64,000 bases of DNA from Candidatus Sumerlaeaceae bacterium (GCA_051003195.1 JBPCLP010000045.1:195397-259396); one strand, 5' to 3'. Shown: positions 1 through 10,923, counted from the stretch's first letter. Made by a program: numbers and translations. Notes: generated from the sequence alone by a model not told the origin.

Positions 1-230
1 GGAATCATGGAATTATGCCGCGAAATTGTGAGACAACAAACTAGGTCTACCTTTAGTTCGTAATCAGTTCTGTGTGCCGAATCGAGGGTAAGTTTGCGCT
101 TTCGTCTGGTAGTGAACTACCGATTCGGCATAGTAGTGCGGTGGACGTCGACTGTAATGTCGAAACTCCCAAGGAGAAGGATTGTAGCCCGCACTTGCAT
201 CCAGATAATAGCTCACGCAGTTGGGCGGAT

Positions 231-2582
231 ATGTCGCTAAAAGAAGACGCCCTGGAGTACCACGCGGGTCCGCCGCCCGGAAAGCTGGAGATCGCCGCCA
301 CCAAGCCGTGCCTGACGCAGCGCGACCTTGCGCTGGCATATTCGCCGGGAGTAGCTGCGGCGTGCGATGCGATTGTCGCGAATCCTGATGACGCATTCAA
401 GCTGACCGCACGCGGCAATTTTGTTGCCGTGGTGACAAACGGAACGGCGGTGCTGGGGCTCGGCAATATCGGACCGCTGGCGGCCAAACCCGTGATGGAA
501 GGTAAGGCGCTGCTGTTTAAGCGTTTTGCGGATATCGACGCGATCGACCTCTGCCTGGACGCGCCGGACCCGGAGCAGTTTATCAACGCGTGCAAGGCGA
601 TTGAACCGAGCTTCGGCGGCATCAACCTTGAGGACATCAAGGCGCCGGAATGTTTCGTCATCGAAGAGCGTCTGAAGCGTGAGATGAACATTCCGGTCAT
701 TCACGACGACCAGCATGGGACTGCCATTATCTCGGGTGCGGCGTTGCTCAACGCGCTGGAACTGGCAAATAAGAACATTGAAGACGTACGGATTGTCTTC
801 AGCGGCGCGGGTGCGGCGGCGTTGGCCACGGCGCGTTTTTATGTGCACCTGGGAGCGCATCGGGAAAACATTATCATGAGCGATTTGCATGGGGTGGTCT
901 ACGCCGGCCGCAGCCAGGGTATGAATCCGTACATGGCGGAATTCGCCGCGGTGACGCACGCGCGCACGCTGTCGGAGATCATGCGAGAGGCCGACGTCTT
1001 TGTCGGACTCTCGGTGAGCGGGCTTGTAAGTAAAGAGATGATCGCGTCGATGGCGAAGACGCCGATTGTTTTCGCGCTGGCGAACCCGGACCCGGAAATC
1101 AGTTACGAAGATGCGAAGGCCGCACGCCCTGACGCAATTGTCGCGACCGGGCGAAGCGATTATCCGAACCAGGTAAACAATGTTCTCGGATTTCCCTTTA
1201 TCTTCCGCGGCGCACTCGACGTTCGCGCGACCACAATTAATGACGAAATGAAAGTTGCGGCGAGCCGGGCGCTGGCCGCTTTAGCGCGTGAGGATGTGCC
1301 GGAGAGTGTGGTGCAGGCCTATGGGCTGGAGTCGTTGCGGTTTGGTCCGGATTACCTGATCCCGAAACCAGTGGATTCGCGTATTCTGCTGTGGGAAGCT
1401 CCCGCGGTAGCAGAGGCAGCAATGCGCAGCGGGGTGGCCCGGGTACAAATAGACCTGGCGCTGTATCGCGAGCAACTGGAGGCACGGCTTGGCAAGAGCC
1501 GGGAGATGATGCGCATTGTTTTCAACAAGGCAAAATCGGACCTGCGCCGCGTGGTGCTTGTGCAGGGGGAGAACGAGCGCATGATTCGCGCCGCCTATCA
1601 ACTGGCGGATGAGCGACTGGCGCGGCCTGTTTTGCTGGGCAATGAAGAGCAGATTCGGAAAACCGCGGCATCGCTTCAGTTGGATCTCAATGAGGTGGAA
1701 ATTGAAAATCCCGCGACGTCGGCACATCGGGAGAGTTTTGCGCAGCGGATCTACTGGCTGCGGCACCGTAAGGGAGTGCGGTTGAACGAGGCCAACGAGA
1801 TGGCGGGCGTGGCGGACTACTTCGGATCGATCATGGTTGAGCAGGGTTTGGCCGATGCCATGATCACCGGCCTTGGCGCGAGTTATCCCGACAGCTTGCG
1901 ACCGCCGTTGCAGATCATCGGAACGCAGATTCAGCGCGGAAGTACAGGGTTTGCGAAGCGGAGTGCTGGCGAGCCGCAGGGCATTGCCGTGGGAGCGCTG
2001 ATCGGTGCGGAAGTCTCGGCCGCGAGACGCGGAGTCGCGGCAGGCATTTACCTCGTAACGACGCGCAATCGTTTCCTGTTCGTTGCTGACGTGGCCGTGA
2101 ATATCGAGCCGGACGCTGAGACACTGGCAGAGATTGCGATTTTAACCGCGCACCTGGCGCGAGATTTCGACGTGGAGCCGCGCGTTGCCATGCTGAGTTT
2201 TTCGAATTTCGGCAGTGTGAATCACCCGCGCACGGAACTGGTGCGACGCGCAACGGAGATTGTCCGACGGCGCGAGCCCAAGATGGCCATCGACGGGGAA
2301 ATGCAGGCCACGGTCGCTCTTTCGGAGGAGCAGCTGAACACCTATTATCCGTTCAACAATCTGCGCAAGGAAGCGAATGTGCTTATATTCCCAAGTTTGG
2401 AAGCGGGTAACATTGCTTATAAAATGGTACAACGGCTTGCGAATGCGGAAGTCGTTGGTCCAATCCTCGTTGGTATGGCGCGGCCGGTGCACGTGCTGCA
2501 GCGGGGCGACCAAGTGAAGGATATTGTAAACCTTGCGGCGCTGGCGGCGGTGGATGCGCAGCGGCGGGGGCGCAGCGTGTAA
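231..2582 (+). CDS. maeB: NADP-dependent malic enzyme (malic enzyme + phosphotransacetylase-like domain)
   Basis: [66 protein letters not shown] motifs; C-terminal PTA-like domain ([21 protein letters not shown]). Start moved to ATG 231 ([11 protein letters not shown]). Confidence 0.95.
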   Translation: MSLKEDALEYHAGPPPGKLEIAATKPCLTQRDLALAYSPGVAAACDAIVANPDDAFKLTARGNFVAVVTNGTAVLGLGNIGPLAAKPVMEGKALLFKRFADIDAIDLCLDAPDPEQFINACKAIEPSFGGINLEDIKAPECFVIEERLKREMNIPVIHDDQHGTAIISGAALLNALELANKNIEDVRIVFSGAGAAALATARFYVHLGAHRENIIMSDLHGVVYAGRSQGMNPYMAEFAAVTHARTLSEIMREADVFVGLSVSGLVSKEMIASMAKTPIVFALANPDPEISYEDAKAARPDAIVATGRSDYPNQVNNVLGFPFIFRGALDVRATTINDEMKVAASRALAALAREDVPESVVQAYGLESLRFGPDYLIPKPVDSRILLWEAPAVAEAAMRSGVARVQIDLALYREQLEARLGKSREMMRIVFNKAKSDLRRVVLVQGENERMIRAAYQLADERLARPVLLGNEEQIRKTAASLQLDLNEVEIENPATSAHRESFAQRIYWLRHRKGVRLNEANEMAGVADYFGSIMVEQGLADAMITGLGASYPDSLRPPLQIIGTQIQRGSTGFAKRSAGEPQGIAVGALIGAEVSAARRGVAAGIYLVTTRNRFLFVADVAVNIEPDAETLAEIAILTAHLARDFDVEPRVAMLSFSNFGSVNHPRTELVRRATEIVRRREPKMAIDGEMQATVALSEEQLNTYYPFNNLRKEANVLIFPSLEAGNIAYKMVQRLANAEVVGPILVGMARPVHVLQRGDQVKDIVNLAALAAVDAQRRGRSV

Positions 2583-2881
2583 TTGGGGACGAGCAAGTCG
2601 TTGTACGTGCCGCCGCTCTACATAAGCGGTTCGGGCGGGTCTAATCGCGATCATGGGGGCGGTAGTCTTGGTCGCAGATCGCAAGTGGAGCGGGCAGATT
2701 GTTTCCTGCAGGAAGGGGGCTCGAGGTAAGTACTGGTTTGAGATGGAACGGGAAAAACGGCAGACGGTGCAGGTAAACACCTGCGCGGGCTGAGCCTGGA
2801 TTGGGCATTTGCTTGTGTAGAATAAAGCGGCAGAGGTCCTGTTATACACCCCTGCGGCGCGCCAGATGGTGCGGCAAGTAT

Positions 2882-2957
2882 GCGGGAATAGCTCAGTTGG
2901 TAGAGCGCCACCTTGCCAAGGTGGAGGTCGCGAGTTCGAGACTCGTTTCCCGCTCCA
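2882..2957 (+). tRNA. tRNA-Gly (GCC), CCA encoded
   Basis: GCGGGAATAGCTCAGTTGGTAGAGCGCCACCTTGCCAAGGTGGAGGTCGCGAGTTCGAGACTCGTTTCCCGCTCCA; 76 nt cloverleaf, anticodon GCC. Confidence 0.98.
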
Positions 2958-4458
2958 TTTTTATCCCTCGCAAATCAATGTTCTGCGATTTTCTGGCCGC
3001 GCGTTTCTTCGGCGCGGTCTTGTCCTTGCCAGCAATATGCCCGCAGTTGGGTGCATTAATACCTGAGTTTACCGGCGGAGTAATGCTGTTCGCCGTCGAC
3101 GCTGATGTGGCAGGTTTTGACTCCGCCGGTGGCCCCGTCATGACGGGCATCATCGATCCTTTTTCAACCGCATGCCCCGGTTGAAGATGTGCATAGCGCA
3201 TAGTTGTAACGATCGATGCATGTCCCATCAGATCTTTAACCGTCGGCAGATCCACACCTGCCATCACCAGGTGAGAAGCGTATGTATGGCGCAGGGTATA
3301 ATATGTCACGTCTTCCCCCAAGCCTGCTGCTTCAACAGCCGTGCGGAACGCATTGGGAATCTGAGTTAGGGGCTTACCGGTTTCACCCGGGAACACCAAC
3401 GGTGAGTTAAGCTGCGTCTCCAGTACAGCTACAACTCCGCGCGCGCGTTCGATCAGAACACGAGTTGAAGGAGGTCGTTCGTACCGCGCGAGCTCTTCAG
3501 GTCGCGGCATTCCCTTTCGCTTCTCAGCGTCTGCTCTCTCCCAAACCAGCAAGGAGTCTAGACGGCCACGAGCCTGCTTCAATCGCAGGACCCTATCGAC
3601 AGAATAAGCGTCGAGCGCCTCAAACAGCTCAGTTTTCGCACCAAGAGGTCGCCCTTTGCCGTTTTTAGGAATCCAGTCCCAGTGGAGCTTGGCTTGAATC
3701 AGAACCCGCTGAATCGATGCGATGAGATCGCCCCATTCCAGGTGCAGCACTTCATCAGGTCTTTGTCCTGTGTATAGACCTACGCAGATCATCGCGTGTA
3801 GTGCGACCGGAGAAATCTCTATGGCGGACCGCTGCTCGATTTTCAATGCAGCGATCGACAAGCGTTTTGCCTCCTTCACTGACAAAAACCCAAGCCGTCC
3901 TTGCCCAGGCGCCGGTAGTTTGATGTCATCGCACGGGTTCTGACGCAGAAGCCCCTGCTTAACCGCCGGTTTAAGCGCCGCTCGCAGCAGGAAGTAACGC
4001 TTTCGAATACTTTCGGCGCTCGGCGGCCCGTCGGATGTATCGCTGGTAATGAACTTTTCTACGTCGCACTGTTCTAGCGTGTCGAGCCGTCGATCTGGAC
4101 TAAAGCAGGCGATTGCGTCGCGCAGTATTTTAACGAGGTTTGAAAACGAATCGTCATTTCTGTAGTTGGCCGGCCGTTTACTGCATCTGGGTTCGAGCCA
4201 GGCACTTACGGTCACACGCTTTTTTTCATTTTCCGCCTGCATCTGCCAGGGCGTGGAAAATCCGGCTTCCAAGGCTGGTTTTACATATTTACTGTAAAAA
4301 GCTCGCGCGCACTCGCGAGTGGCAAATCCATTGCGCTCATGTTTTACGGCGCGGCCATTTTTTTTCGTCCCATCCGTCCATTGTACGCGCCAACAGGACT
4401 TTTCTTGGCCATTCTTGGTCTTCCAAGTGCGCCGCTGAAACCACCGGTCATCTTTCAA
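2893..4458 (-). CDS. Tyrosine integrase of a tRNA-targeting island
   Basis: TGQRPDE (R), PKNGK (K), [18 protein letters not shown] (catalytic Y); N-terminal arm-binding-like region (WRVQW...GFATR). Probable TTG start at 4458 overlaps the xis stop, with GAGGAG upstream. The ORF ends inside the tRNA on the antisense strand. Confidence 0.9.
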   Translation of the reverse strand: MKDDRWFQRRTWKTKNGQEKSCWRVQWTDGTKKNGRAVKHERNGFATRECARAFYSKYVKPALEAGFSTPWQMQAENEKKRVTVSAWLEPRCSKRPANYRNDDSFSNLVKILRDAIACFSPDRRLDTLEQCDVEKFITSDTSDGPPSAESIRKRYFLLRAALKPAVKQGLLRQNPCDDIKLPAPGQGRLGFLSVKEAKRLSIAALKIEQRSAIEISPVALHAMICVGLYTGQRPDEVLHLEWGDLIASIQRVLIQAKLHWDWIPKNGKGRPLGAKTELFEALDAYSVDRVLRLKQARGRLDSLLVWERADAEKRKGMPRPEELARYERPPSTRVLIERARGVVAVLETQLNSPLVFPGETGKPLTQIPNAFRTAVEAAGLGEDVTYYTLRHTYASHLVMAGVDLPTVKDLMGHASIVTTMRYAHLQPGHAVEKGSMMPVMTGPPAESKPATSASTANSITPPVNSGINAPNCGHIAGKDKTAPKKRAARKSQNIDLRGIKMERETSLELATSTLARWRSTN

Positions 4459-4718
4459 GTGTTTCCAAGCTCCTCGGCCTGTCGCTTGCGCTCCGGCGGC
4501 ATTTCTGAGTAATCGGGGGCCGAAGACGACGCTGTTCCTTCGACCCACTTGACTAAGGCGCTGCCCGCAATTCGTATACGTCTGCCGGGGCGCTCAGTGT
4601 CAGGGCCGTTTCCCCGGTTTATTGCATTATACATTGCCTTCGGAGTCATCGCGACGATAGCCGCGGCAGTTTTCACCGAAAGATACCGATCTCGCCAGTC
4701 GCTCGGCACGGTCTCCAT
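4455..4718 (-). CDS. Excisionase-like HTH (HTH_17/AlpA-like)
   Basis: YLSVKTAAAIVAMTPKAMYNAINRG...RIRIAGSALVKWVE; coupled to the integrase; GAGGG upstream of ATG 4718. Confidence 0.8.
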   Translation of the reverse strand: METVPSDWRDRYLSVKTAAAIVAMTPKAMYNAINRGNGPDTERPGRRIRIAGSALVKWVEGTASSSAPDYSEMPPERKRQAEELGNT

Positions 4719-4861
4719 ATTGCACCCTCGAACTCTGTAGTCTCGTTGTTGCCGCCTAGATAACCTGTGGCCGTCGAAATAATTCACAGAGTGCTCGTTT
4801 TACTTAACTTAACTTAACTCATAAATTGTTTACTCCATAGCCGCTGTGTCGAATTCGGTAA

Positions 4862-5137
4862 GTGATTCGAACCACAGTTGGGGGCAAAACCACAGAAAAG
4901 CTCTGGGTTTTCCGGGAACTTAAACGTGCATTCGAGGCTAGAAACCTAGTTCGGTACGAGCGCACCGCACGCCTGCTGGCCGACCTGATGGGCTATCAGT
5001 CAGCGGAAAGTGAGCGCAACCGGTTCCGGTACCGCACCACGAACGCAGAGGGTCTCGCCACCGTGATTGACTTGCTATGCGTGCCTGACGCACGCCGCGA
5101 TCGCATGCGCACTGGAGTTGTTCATCACGGTGGATGA
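4862..5137 (+). CDS. Small hypothetical protein divergent from xis
   Basis: 91-aa ORF, no recognised motif. Confidence 0.3.
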   Translation: MIRTTVGGKTTEKLWVFRELKRAFEARNLVRYERTARLLADLMGYQSAESERNRFRYRTTNAEGLATVIDLLCVPDARRDRMRTGVVHHGG

Positions 5138-5157
5138 GTACGCCTCAAGAACTCGGC

Positions 5158-5469
5158 TCAAAACCGAAGCTGCCGGCCCAGTATGAATCCGCACGTGCAC
5201 GGATAGACAGCGGCGCCACAGCCGGCGGCCATCTCCGCCTCGGCAATGGTCGCAGCTTTGAATTTTGTGACGCCCAGTTCCAGGTGCAGCCGCACTACCT
5301 CGGCCATCTTATGCGTTTTAATGTGCGGACGCAGCCGCTTCGCTCCGCCGACGGTGGCAACCATCCGCCGGATGTTTTGAGTTATGCGGTCGGGGTAAAC
5401 CAACAGGGCAGGGGACGCCACCTCATCGGCGCCATCCAGCTCAAACCAGTTCTTTTCATCAGGGTCCAT
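5158..5469 (-). pseudogene. N-terminal fragment of a D-TA/alanine-racemase-like PLP enzyme
   Basis: SPALLVYPDRI..NI..M...LRPHIKTHK...KAATIAEAEM is the start of the family; similarity stops after about 86 aa. Confidence 0.8.
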
Positions 5470-5500
5470 CCGCCCATTGAGCTGTCCACGCGTGCCGGAT

Positions 5501-5980
5501 TCAAGAGAACAACTGCACGTAACGTTTTACATTCCCGAAGGTAAACAACGGCATTACGAGGACAAGAAATCGGGAAAGCAGCCAAATCTGGCTCAACAGG
5601 GGTGTAACGCGCATCCTCTGACATGATGAGCGTCCTTGAGTAAAAAACAGCAGCACACGCTTTTCCAGTAGCTGGGAATGTTTATCCAGAAAAGCTTCGC
5701 TATTAATTTCCGCTCCGAACTGTTCCAGTACGAACTGAACAAGGCGCAACCAGGCGTATGTAAGCGTTTCATGGTATCCACCAGCAGGCGACTGTGCAAT
5801 GGCATGTGCCGTATTATATTGTTGCACACCATAGCGCATTTTCTGCAACGCCGCGGTCCAGTTGTTTCCGCACAAGTACAGGTATGCAACGCGCAGGTGT
5901 TCCCTATGGTGCCATTGATTCAATGGCAGTGAGGTGTTCTCGAAAGCCGCGAGAAAATCATGGTCGGACAATTCAGACGC
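5501..5980 (-). pseudogene. Conserved hypothetical protein (HxxHLR...YHET type), frameshifted in a T-run near 5642
   Basis: LSDHDFLAAFE..WHHREHLRVAY..YHETLT..LLFF continues as YSRTLIMSEDARYTPVEPDL only if one T is added to the T6 run. Confidence 0.6.
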
Positions 5981-6590
5981 AAACGTTATAAGATTGCCCC
6001 GCGGTTCGTTTCCAGGCGCGGTCTTAGATTGTCCCAGTATGAGTTGGTAAAAATGCACGTCCTGCCATTGTCCGGCTGAGCATACGCAGCTCACCGCTTT
6101 CCATCATCGCCACAGGCAAATGTGATTGGTGCAGTAATTTCCACGTATGATGCTGGGACTGCGGTTCAAAGTTCTCGCTTTCTGATGAAGATGAGCATGA
6201 CTGCGGCTGCGACCGATTCTGGCTAACTGTAATAGAAGAACAGCTGATGGAAGATGCTAGGGAGATTCCTCGTACGGCTGTGGAGCTGTTTCTGTGCCTC
6301 CTCGACGGAGTAGTGCTCCCAGTGGATCGAAGACCCCTTGCATAGCGTCCCTTGAGGATCAGCAATTGAAAAATACGGCTGAATCCTAAGGTTGACTTGA
6401 GCAAATGTTGCGGGTGTAAGCGACCAATGAACTTACGGTTGCCGACGATTGCAGGACCATAAGTTATGAGGGTCTCCATTATCCAACAAGCGGTGGCGCG
6501 TTTCATATTTCCGAGTTCCCACAATCACCAACTAACCACCGCCAGACAGTCTCAGGAGAATTACTTTCAGCTTCACTGTGGAAGCACCTC

Positions 6591-8774
6591 ATGCCTTTAA
6601 AAAAGCATGTCCGAACTGCTTCTCAGAAGCCTCCGGCGCATCCAGAGTTCGAACAAATTCCTTTCAAGATGCACCCGCGGGTGTTTGCGGCGTTGGGTGC
6701 GGACCTCGTTACGAACGACATAGTCGCTGTGATCGAACTGGTTAAAAACTCCTATGACGCATTTTCCAAGAACGTTTGGCTGCGGTTCGGCTCGGACCGC
6801 GAGCATGGGCGATACCTAGAGATCGAGGATCATGGGACCGGGATGACCAAGGGTATCATCGAGAATGTTTGGTGCGTAGTCGCAACGCCGTTTAAGGAGC
6901 AGCATCCTTATGGTACTCTGGGAAACAAAACAAGGCGCGTGGCTGGTGAAAAAGGACTCGGCAGATTATCCGCCGCTCGGCTGGGAGCTCGATTGCAGAT
7001 GCTTACCCAAAGCCAAGGGGAGGCGTGCTGGGAACTGTGGGTGGACTGGAGTAGTATTGCATCCGAAAAGGAATTTGAACACTGCGCAGCACAGTTACGA
7101 CGATACAGCAGCAGGTCCCCTTTCCCCATCTCAGGGACAATCGTACGTGTGTTTAACCTGAAATCGGAATGGTCTGAATCCGAGCTTGCAGATCTTGAGG
7201 AGAATCTGGGGCGCCTAATTTCACCCTTCGAACAACTCGGAGAGTTTAACATCTACCTTACCGCGCCAGGTAAAACGAAGGGCGATGAGGTAAAGATCCA
7301 AGCTCCCAAGTTCTTGGCCCATCCGAAGTATTTGATACAAGGAAATGCCGACAAAGCGGGGAACCTAAGCACCACGTATAAGTTTGCTCCCATGTCAGAG
7401 GGAAAGGCTCGAACTGTAAAACGCCGCCTAACATGGGAACAGGTGTTCACACAATTGGACAAAAAGGAGCAGAGTGCATTTAACCCTGACCGTGCGAACT
7501 GCGGCCCCTTCTCGTTTGAGATACGCGCCTGGGAGATTAATGCTGAAGGTACCGAGGAGATCTCAAAACGTTTTGACTTTCAGAAGGCCAATGTGCGCAG
7601 AGCCATCAGGGTCCACAAGGGAATATCCGTATACCGGGACGGCATCCTTGTACTACCAAAGTCAGAAACTGCGCGCGATTGGCTCGGGCTCGACCTTAGA
7701 CGCGTTAGTTGGGTAGGTCCGCGACTGAGCACCAGCCAGATCGTTGGCTTTGTATCCATTTCAAAGGACGGCAATCCAGCGATACTTGATACCAGCGATC
7801 GGGAGCGATTAGTGGCCACACCGGCTGTCGCAGAATTCGAAAAACTCATGATCGCCATTGTGGAAATTCTCGAACAAGAGCGTATCGCAGACAAACCGAA
7901 ATCCTCGAAGGATAAACCGATGGAAGATCTGTTTTCCTCACTAACAGCCGAGGATCTACTGGCCGAAGTAATCGCTCTAGCAGAAGAAGGAGCACCTGTT
8001 TCAGATGCTTTGCCGATGCTGCGCACCTTTAATGCGTCTCTCGACACTGCTCGTAAGGCCATACAGGAACGTTTTATATATTACAGCCGTTTAGCAACTG
8101 TCGGCACGATTGCACATATGCTGGTGCACGAGATTCGTAATCGGACCACGGCGCTTGGCTCCTTCCTAGATTTTATCAGGAGCCGCTTCGGACCGTTTAA
8201 TAAAGATGAACTCGCGACGGAGTTTAATGCAGCGAATGCGTCGGTAGATGCTCTCGAACGCCTTGCAGACACGTTTCTCCCTCTTGCAAGCCGCTCCTTC
8301 CGCCGCCGTGTAAGACATTCTATTCTGGAAGAGCGGATTGCCGAATGTCTGCGCCTCAATTCTGGAGAACTCTCCCAAAAAGGAATTCGAACTTCGGTCC
8401 CTCGGTCAAATACGGTCTTGGCAGTCGACCCTGGTGAACTGGACGCCATTCTCTTGAACCTTATCACCAACAGCCTTTACTGGCTTTCAGAGGTTCCTAA
8501 GGAGCAGCGCCAAATGGAGTTTAAGCTGACGAAAATAAATGACGGCAACCGCGTTCGTGTTTGGGCGCATGACTCTGGGCCTGGCATCAAAGAAGGCGAA
8601 GCCGAAAAAGTGTTCTGGCCGGGGATAACTCGAAAAGCGGGCGGAATTGGAATGGGACTGACCGTCGCCTCTGAACTAGTCGTGGAATACGGGGGCAGAA
8701 TGATAGCTCGGGTGCCTGGTTCCTTGGGCGGTGCCTCATTTGCGTTCGACCTCCCCATGAAAGATGTCGTATGA
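6591..8774 (+). CDS. MORC/GHKL ATPase fused to a C-terminal histidine kinase
   Basis: GHKL boxes ELVKNSYDA, IEDHGTGM, GEKGLGRLS, GTIV; S5-like GISVYRDG..DWLGLD; H-box MLVHEIRN; second HATPase domain NLITNS, HDSGPGI, GIGMGL. Confidence 0.9.
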   Translation: MPLKKHVRTASQKPPAHPEFEQIPFKMHPRVFAALGADLVTNDIVAVIELVKNSYDAFSKNVWLRFGSDREHGRYLEIEDHGTGMTKGIIENVWCVVATPFKEQHPYGTLGNKTRRVAGEKGLGRLSAARLGARLQMLTQSQGEACWELWVDWSSIASEKEFEHCAAQLRRYSSRSPFPISGTIVRVFNLKSEWSESELADLEENLGRLISPFEQLGEFNIYLTAPGKTKGDEVKIQAPKFLAHPKYLIQGNADKAGNLSTTYKFAPMSEGKARTVKRRLTWEQVFTQLDKKEQSAFNPDRANCGPFSFEIRAWEINAEGTEEISKRFDFQKANVRRAIRVHKGISVYRDGILVLPKSETARDWLGLDLRRVSWVGPRLSTSQIVGFVSISKDGNPAILDTSDRERLVATPAVAEFEKLMIAIVEILEQERIADKPKSSKDKPMEDLFSSLTAEDLLAEVIALAEEGAPVSDALPMLRTFNASLDTARKAIQERFIYYSRLATVGTIAHMLVHEIRNRTTALGSFLDFIRSRFGPFNKDELATEFNAANASVDALERLADTFLPLASRSFRRRVRHSILEERIAECLRLNSGELSQKGIRTSVPRSNTVLAVDPGELDAILLNLITNSLYWLSEVPKEQRQMEFKLTKINDGNRVRVWAHDSGPGIKEGEAEKVFWPGITRKAGGIGMGLTVASELVVEYGGRMIARVPGSLGGASFAFDLPMKDVV

Positions 8775-9868
8775 AAGTTCTCTTCATCGAAGATGACCCA
8801 CCTGCGGTTGAGCCGGCACAACGGCGCTTTGAAAAATCGGGAGCAATCTGCACAATCTGCAATTTTGACGAAGCACAGCAAAGGATTAACGAGACTTCTC
8901 CAGATGTCGTAATTCTCGATTGGTTTCGAGGCGCTCCCGCAGAAGGAGAAACTGCAGGGGCGGAGGTCTTTAACTTCATTTGGAACCAGCGATTTTGTCC
9001 ATTAGTCGTGTATTCTGCCGAGGCCAATCTGGCTGAGGAAGGACGCGAACGCCACCCGTTTGTTAACTATGTGCGTAAAGGCAGAGGCAGTGTGGACGCT
9101 TTGGAGCAATGCGTTGCCGGGTTTCAGGGCCATATAGAGTCGATTAGAGACGCTGAAAAGGAAGTAAGTCGGCAGTTCGCCATCGCGTTAAAAGTCGTTG
9201 CTCCTCATGCGTTCGCTCATGTGCAGAGCGCAGACGAGCGCCGGGAAATCATTGTTCGTGCGGGCAGACGTAGACTGGCAGCACTCATGGACGAATTGTC
9301 GTTGGAGGGGGAGCCCTTAAAAAGCTGGGAGCATTATCTGGTTCCACCCGTTAGCGAGGATCTTCAATTAGGAGATCTGTTGCGCCTCAATTCATCTAAG
9401 GATGATGATCCAACTGCGTTTAGACTCGTACTTACGCCGTCGTGCGACACAGCGACCAGCGGAAAGCGAAAACCGAAAGTGGCCTGCATTTTGACGGCAC
9501 AATGTTGCACCATGCAACAAGGGCTCGCCAGTGTGGGACTCGGAGAAACCGGAGACAAGAAACTTCGCGAACGCTTACAGTGTGAGATTTTAACGCATGG
9601 GCACTTTCAGGCGATGATTCCCTTTCCAAAGTTTGCTGGCGTGATACCTACGATGGCGGCATCTTTGCGGGATTTGGAGCTAATTTCATTAGATATGATT
9701 GGTGAAGGGAAGGAATATCGCCGTGTAGCCGCAGTAGACAGCCCGTTTCGCGAGCACATTGCGTGGGCTTATCTGCAAACAGCTTGCCGCCCTGCCCTTC
9801 CTGATCGAGATCTGGTGAACTGGTGCGAGGAGATCCTAAGCGCAAACAAGAAAGTGGAGCAACAATAG
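8771..9868 (+). CDS. Receiver-domain protein with an uncharacterised C-terminal domain (GDLL...LTPSCD)
   Basis: MKVLFIEDD, VVILDW (phospho-Asp), VVYSA, VRKG; ATGA overlap with the kinase gene. Confidence 0.8.
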   Translation: MKVLFIEDDPPAVEPAQRRFEKSGAICTICNFDEAQQRINETSPDVVILDWFRGAPAEGETAGAEVFNFIWNQRFCPLVVYSAEANLAEEGRERHPFVNYVRKGRGSVDALEQCVAGFQGHIESIRDAEKEVSRQFAIALKVVAPHAFAHVQSADERREIIVRAGRRRLAALMDELSLEGEPLKSWEHYLVPPVSEDLQLGDLLRLNSSKDDDPTAFRLVLTPSCDTATSGKRKPKVACILTAQCCTMQQGLASVGLGETGDKKLRERLQCEILTHGHFQAMIPFPKFAGVIPTMAASLRDLELISLDMIGEGKEYRRVAAVDSPFREHIAWAYLQTACRPALPDRDLVNWCEEILSANKKVEQQ

Positions 9869-10923
9869 TGCTAGTTGCGTTCGACTTTTTCTGTGGAGCC
9901 GGCGGCTTAACTCGCGGGCTTCTCGACTCCGGAATCAAAGTATTAGCAGGATTCGACAAAGAGGCCAGTTGTGAGGAATCCTACAAGACGAACAATGGCG
10001 ATGCCAAGTTCATCTGTACAGATATCTGCGATATTACCTTGGGGAAGCTTATAAAGCTTAATCCTGATGCTCGCAATTTTAGGAATGTTATCTTCGCCGG
10101 ATGCGCCCCCTGTCAGCCATTTAGCTCACATCGTCGAGCAAAGACATTCACCAGAGACGCAACACTTCTTCTTCAGTTTGGACGCTTAGTCAAAGCCGCT
10201 CGCCCTGGCTGGGTTCTCATTGAGAATGTGCCAGGTATGGCAAAGATCAAAGGATTCAGTGCGTTCCGCCGATTTCTGGCCACCCTGGCTAGCTGCGACT
10301 ATGAGGTTGATTACGGGGTATTGGATGCCAAACAATTCGGGGTACCACAAACGCGCAGGCGCCTTGTTCTCTTGGCCAGTCGCCACGTACCTGTTACACT
10401 ACCCAAGCCAAAGTTCGGCCCCGTATTGCGGCCATACCGAACGGTGAGGCAGGCAATCACGCATTTCCCGCAACTCCCGGCCGGTGGAGCGTGCGATGAA
10501 ATTCCGAATCACGTTGCCTCGGTCATCACGCAGTTGAATCTTGAGCGGCTCGCCGCCACGCCAATTGACGGGGGCACTCGGGCAGCTTGGCCAGCGCATC
10601 TCCACTTGAAGTGCCATTCGGGGGGATATGCTGGGCATACGGACGTCTACGGCAGAATGGCGTGGGATGAACCATCACCTACACTCACCGGTAAATGCAA
10701 TAGTATCTCGAATGGTCGTTATGGGCATCCGACTCAACACCGGGCAATTTCCCTTCGAGAAGCTGCCGCGATCCAGAGCTTCCCTGATGGGTACCAATTT
10801 TTCGGAAGTATGGGCGAAGTCGCTACGCAAATTGGAAATGCTGTTCCGGTAAAATTGGCTCATGAACTCGGGAAACATATCATCGGGTTGGCGGCTCATC
10901 AGCAGGGCAGAATACCAACCTAG
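9868..10923 (+). CDS. DNA (cytosine-5)-methyltransferase
   Basis: DFFCGAGG, GCAPCQPFS, ENVPG, PQTRRR, QIGNAVP. GTG start at 9868 overlaps the preceding stop. Confidence 0.95.
   Translation: MLVAFDFFCGAGGLTRGLLDSGIKVLAGFDKEASCEESYKTNNGDAKFICTDICDITLGKLIKLNPDARNFRNVIFAGCAPCQPFSSHRRAKTFTRDATLLLQFGRLVKAARPGWVLIENVPGMAKIKGFSAFRRFLATLASCDYEVDYGVLDAKQFGVPQTRRRLVLLASRHVPVTLPKPKFGPVLRPYRTVRQAITHFPQLPAGGACDEIPNHVASVITQLNLERLAATPIDGGTRAAWPAHLHLKCHSGGYAGHTDVYGRMAWDEPSPTLTGKCNSISNGRYGHPTQHRAISLREAAAIQSFPDGYQFFGSMGEVATQIGNAVPVKLAHELGKHIIGLAAHQQGRIPT

Noticed and set aside
53..2849. Long antisense ORFs over maeB (and similar ones over other GC-rich genes)
   Set aside because: Shadow frames of well-supported genes with no motifs of their own.
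6024..6524. 166-aa minus-strand ORF and an interrupted Cys-rich plus-strand frame
   Set aside because: No recognisable family; the plus-strand CxxC frame has stops, so at most it is a weak remnant.
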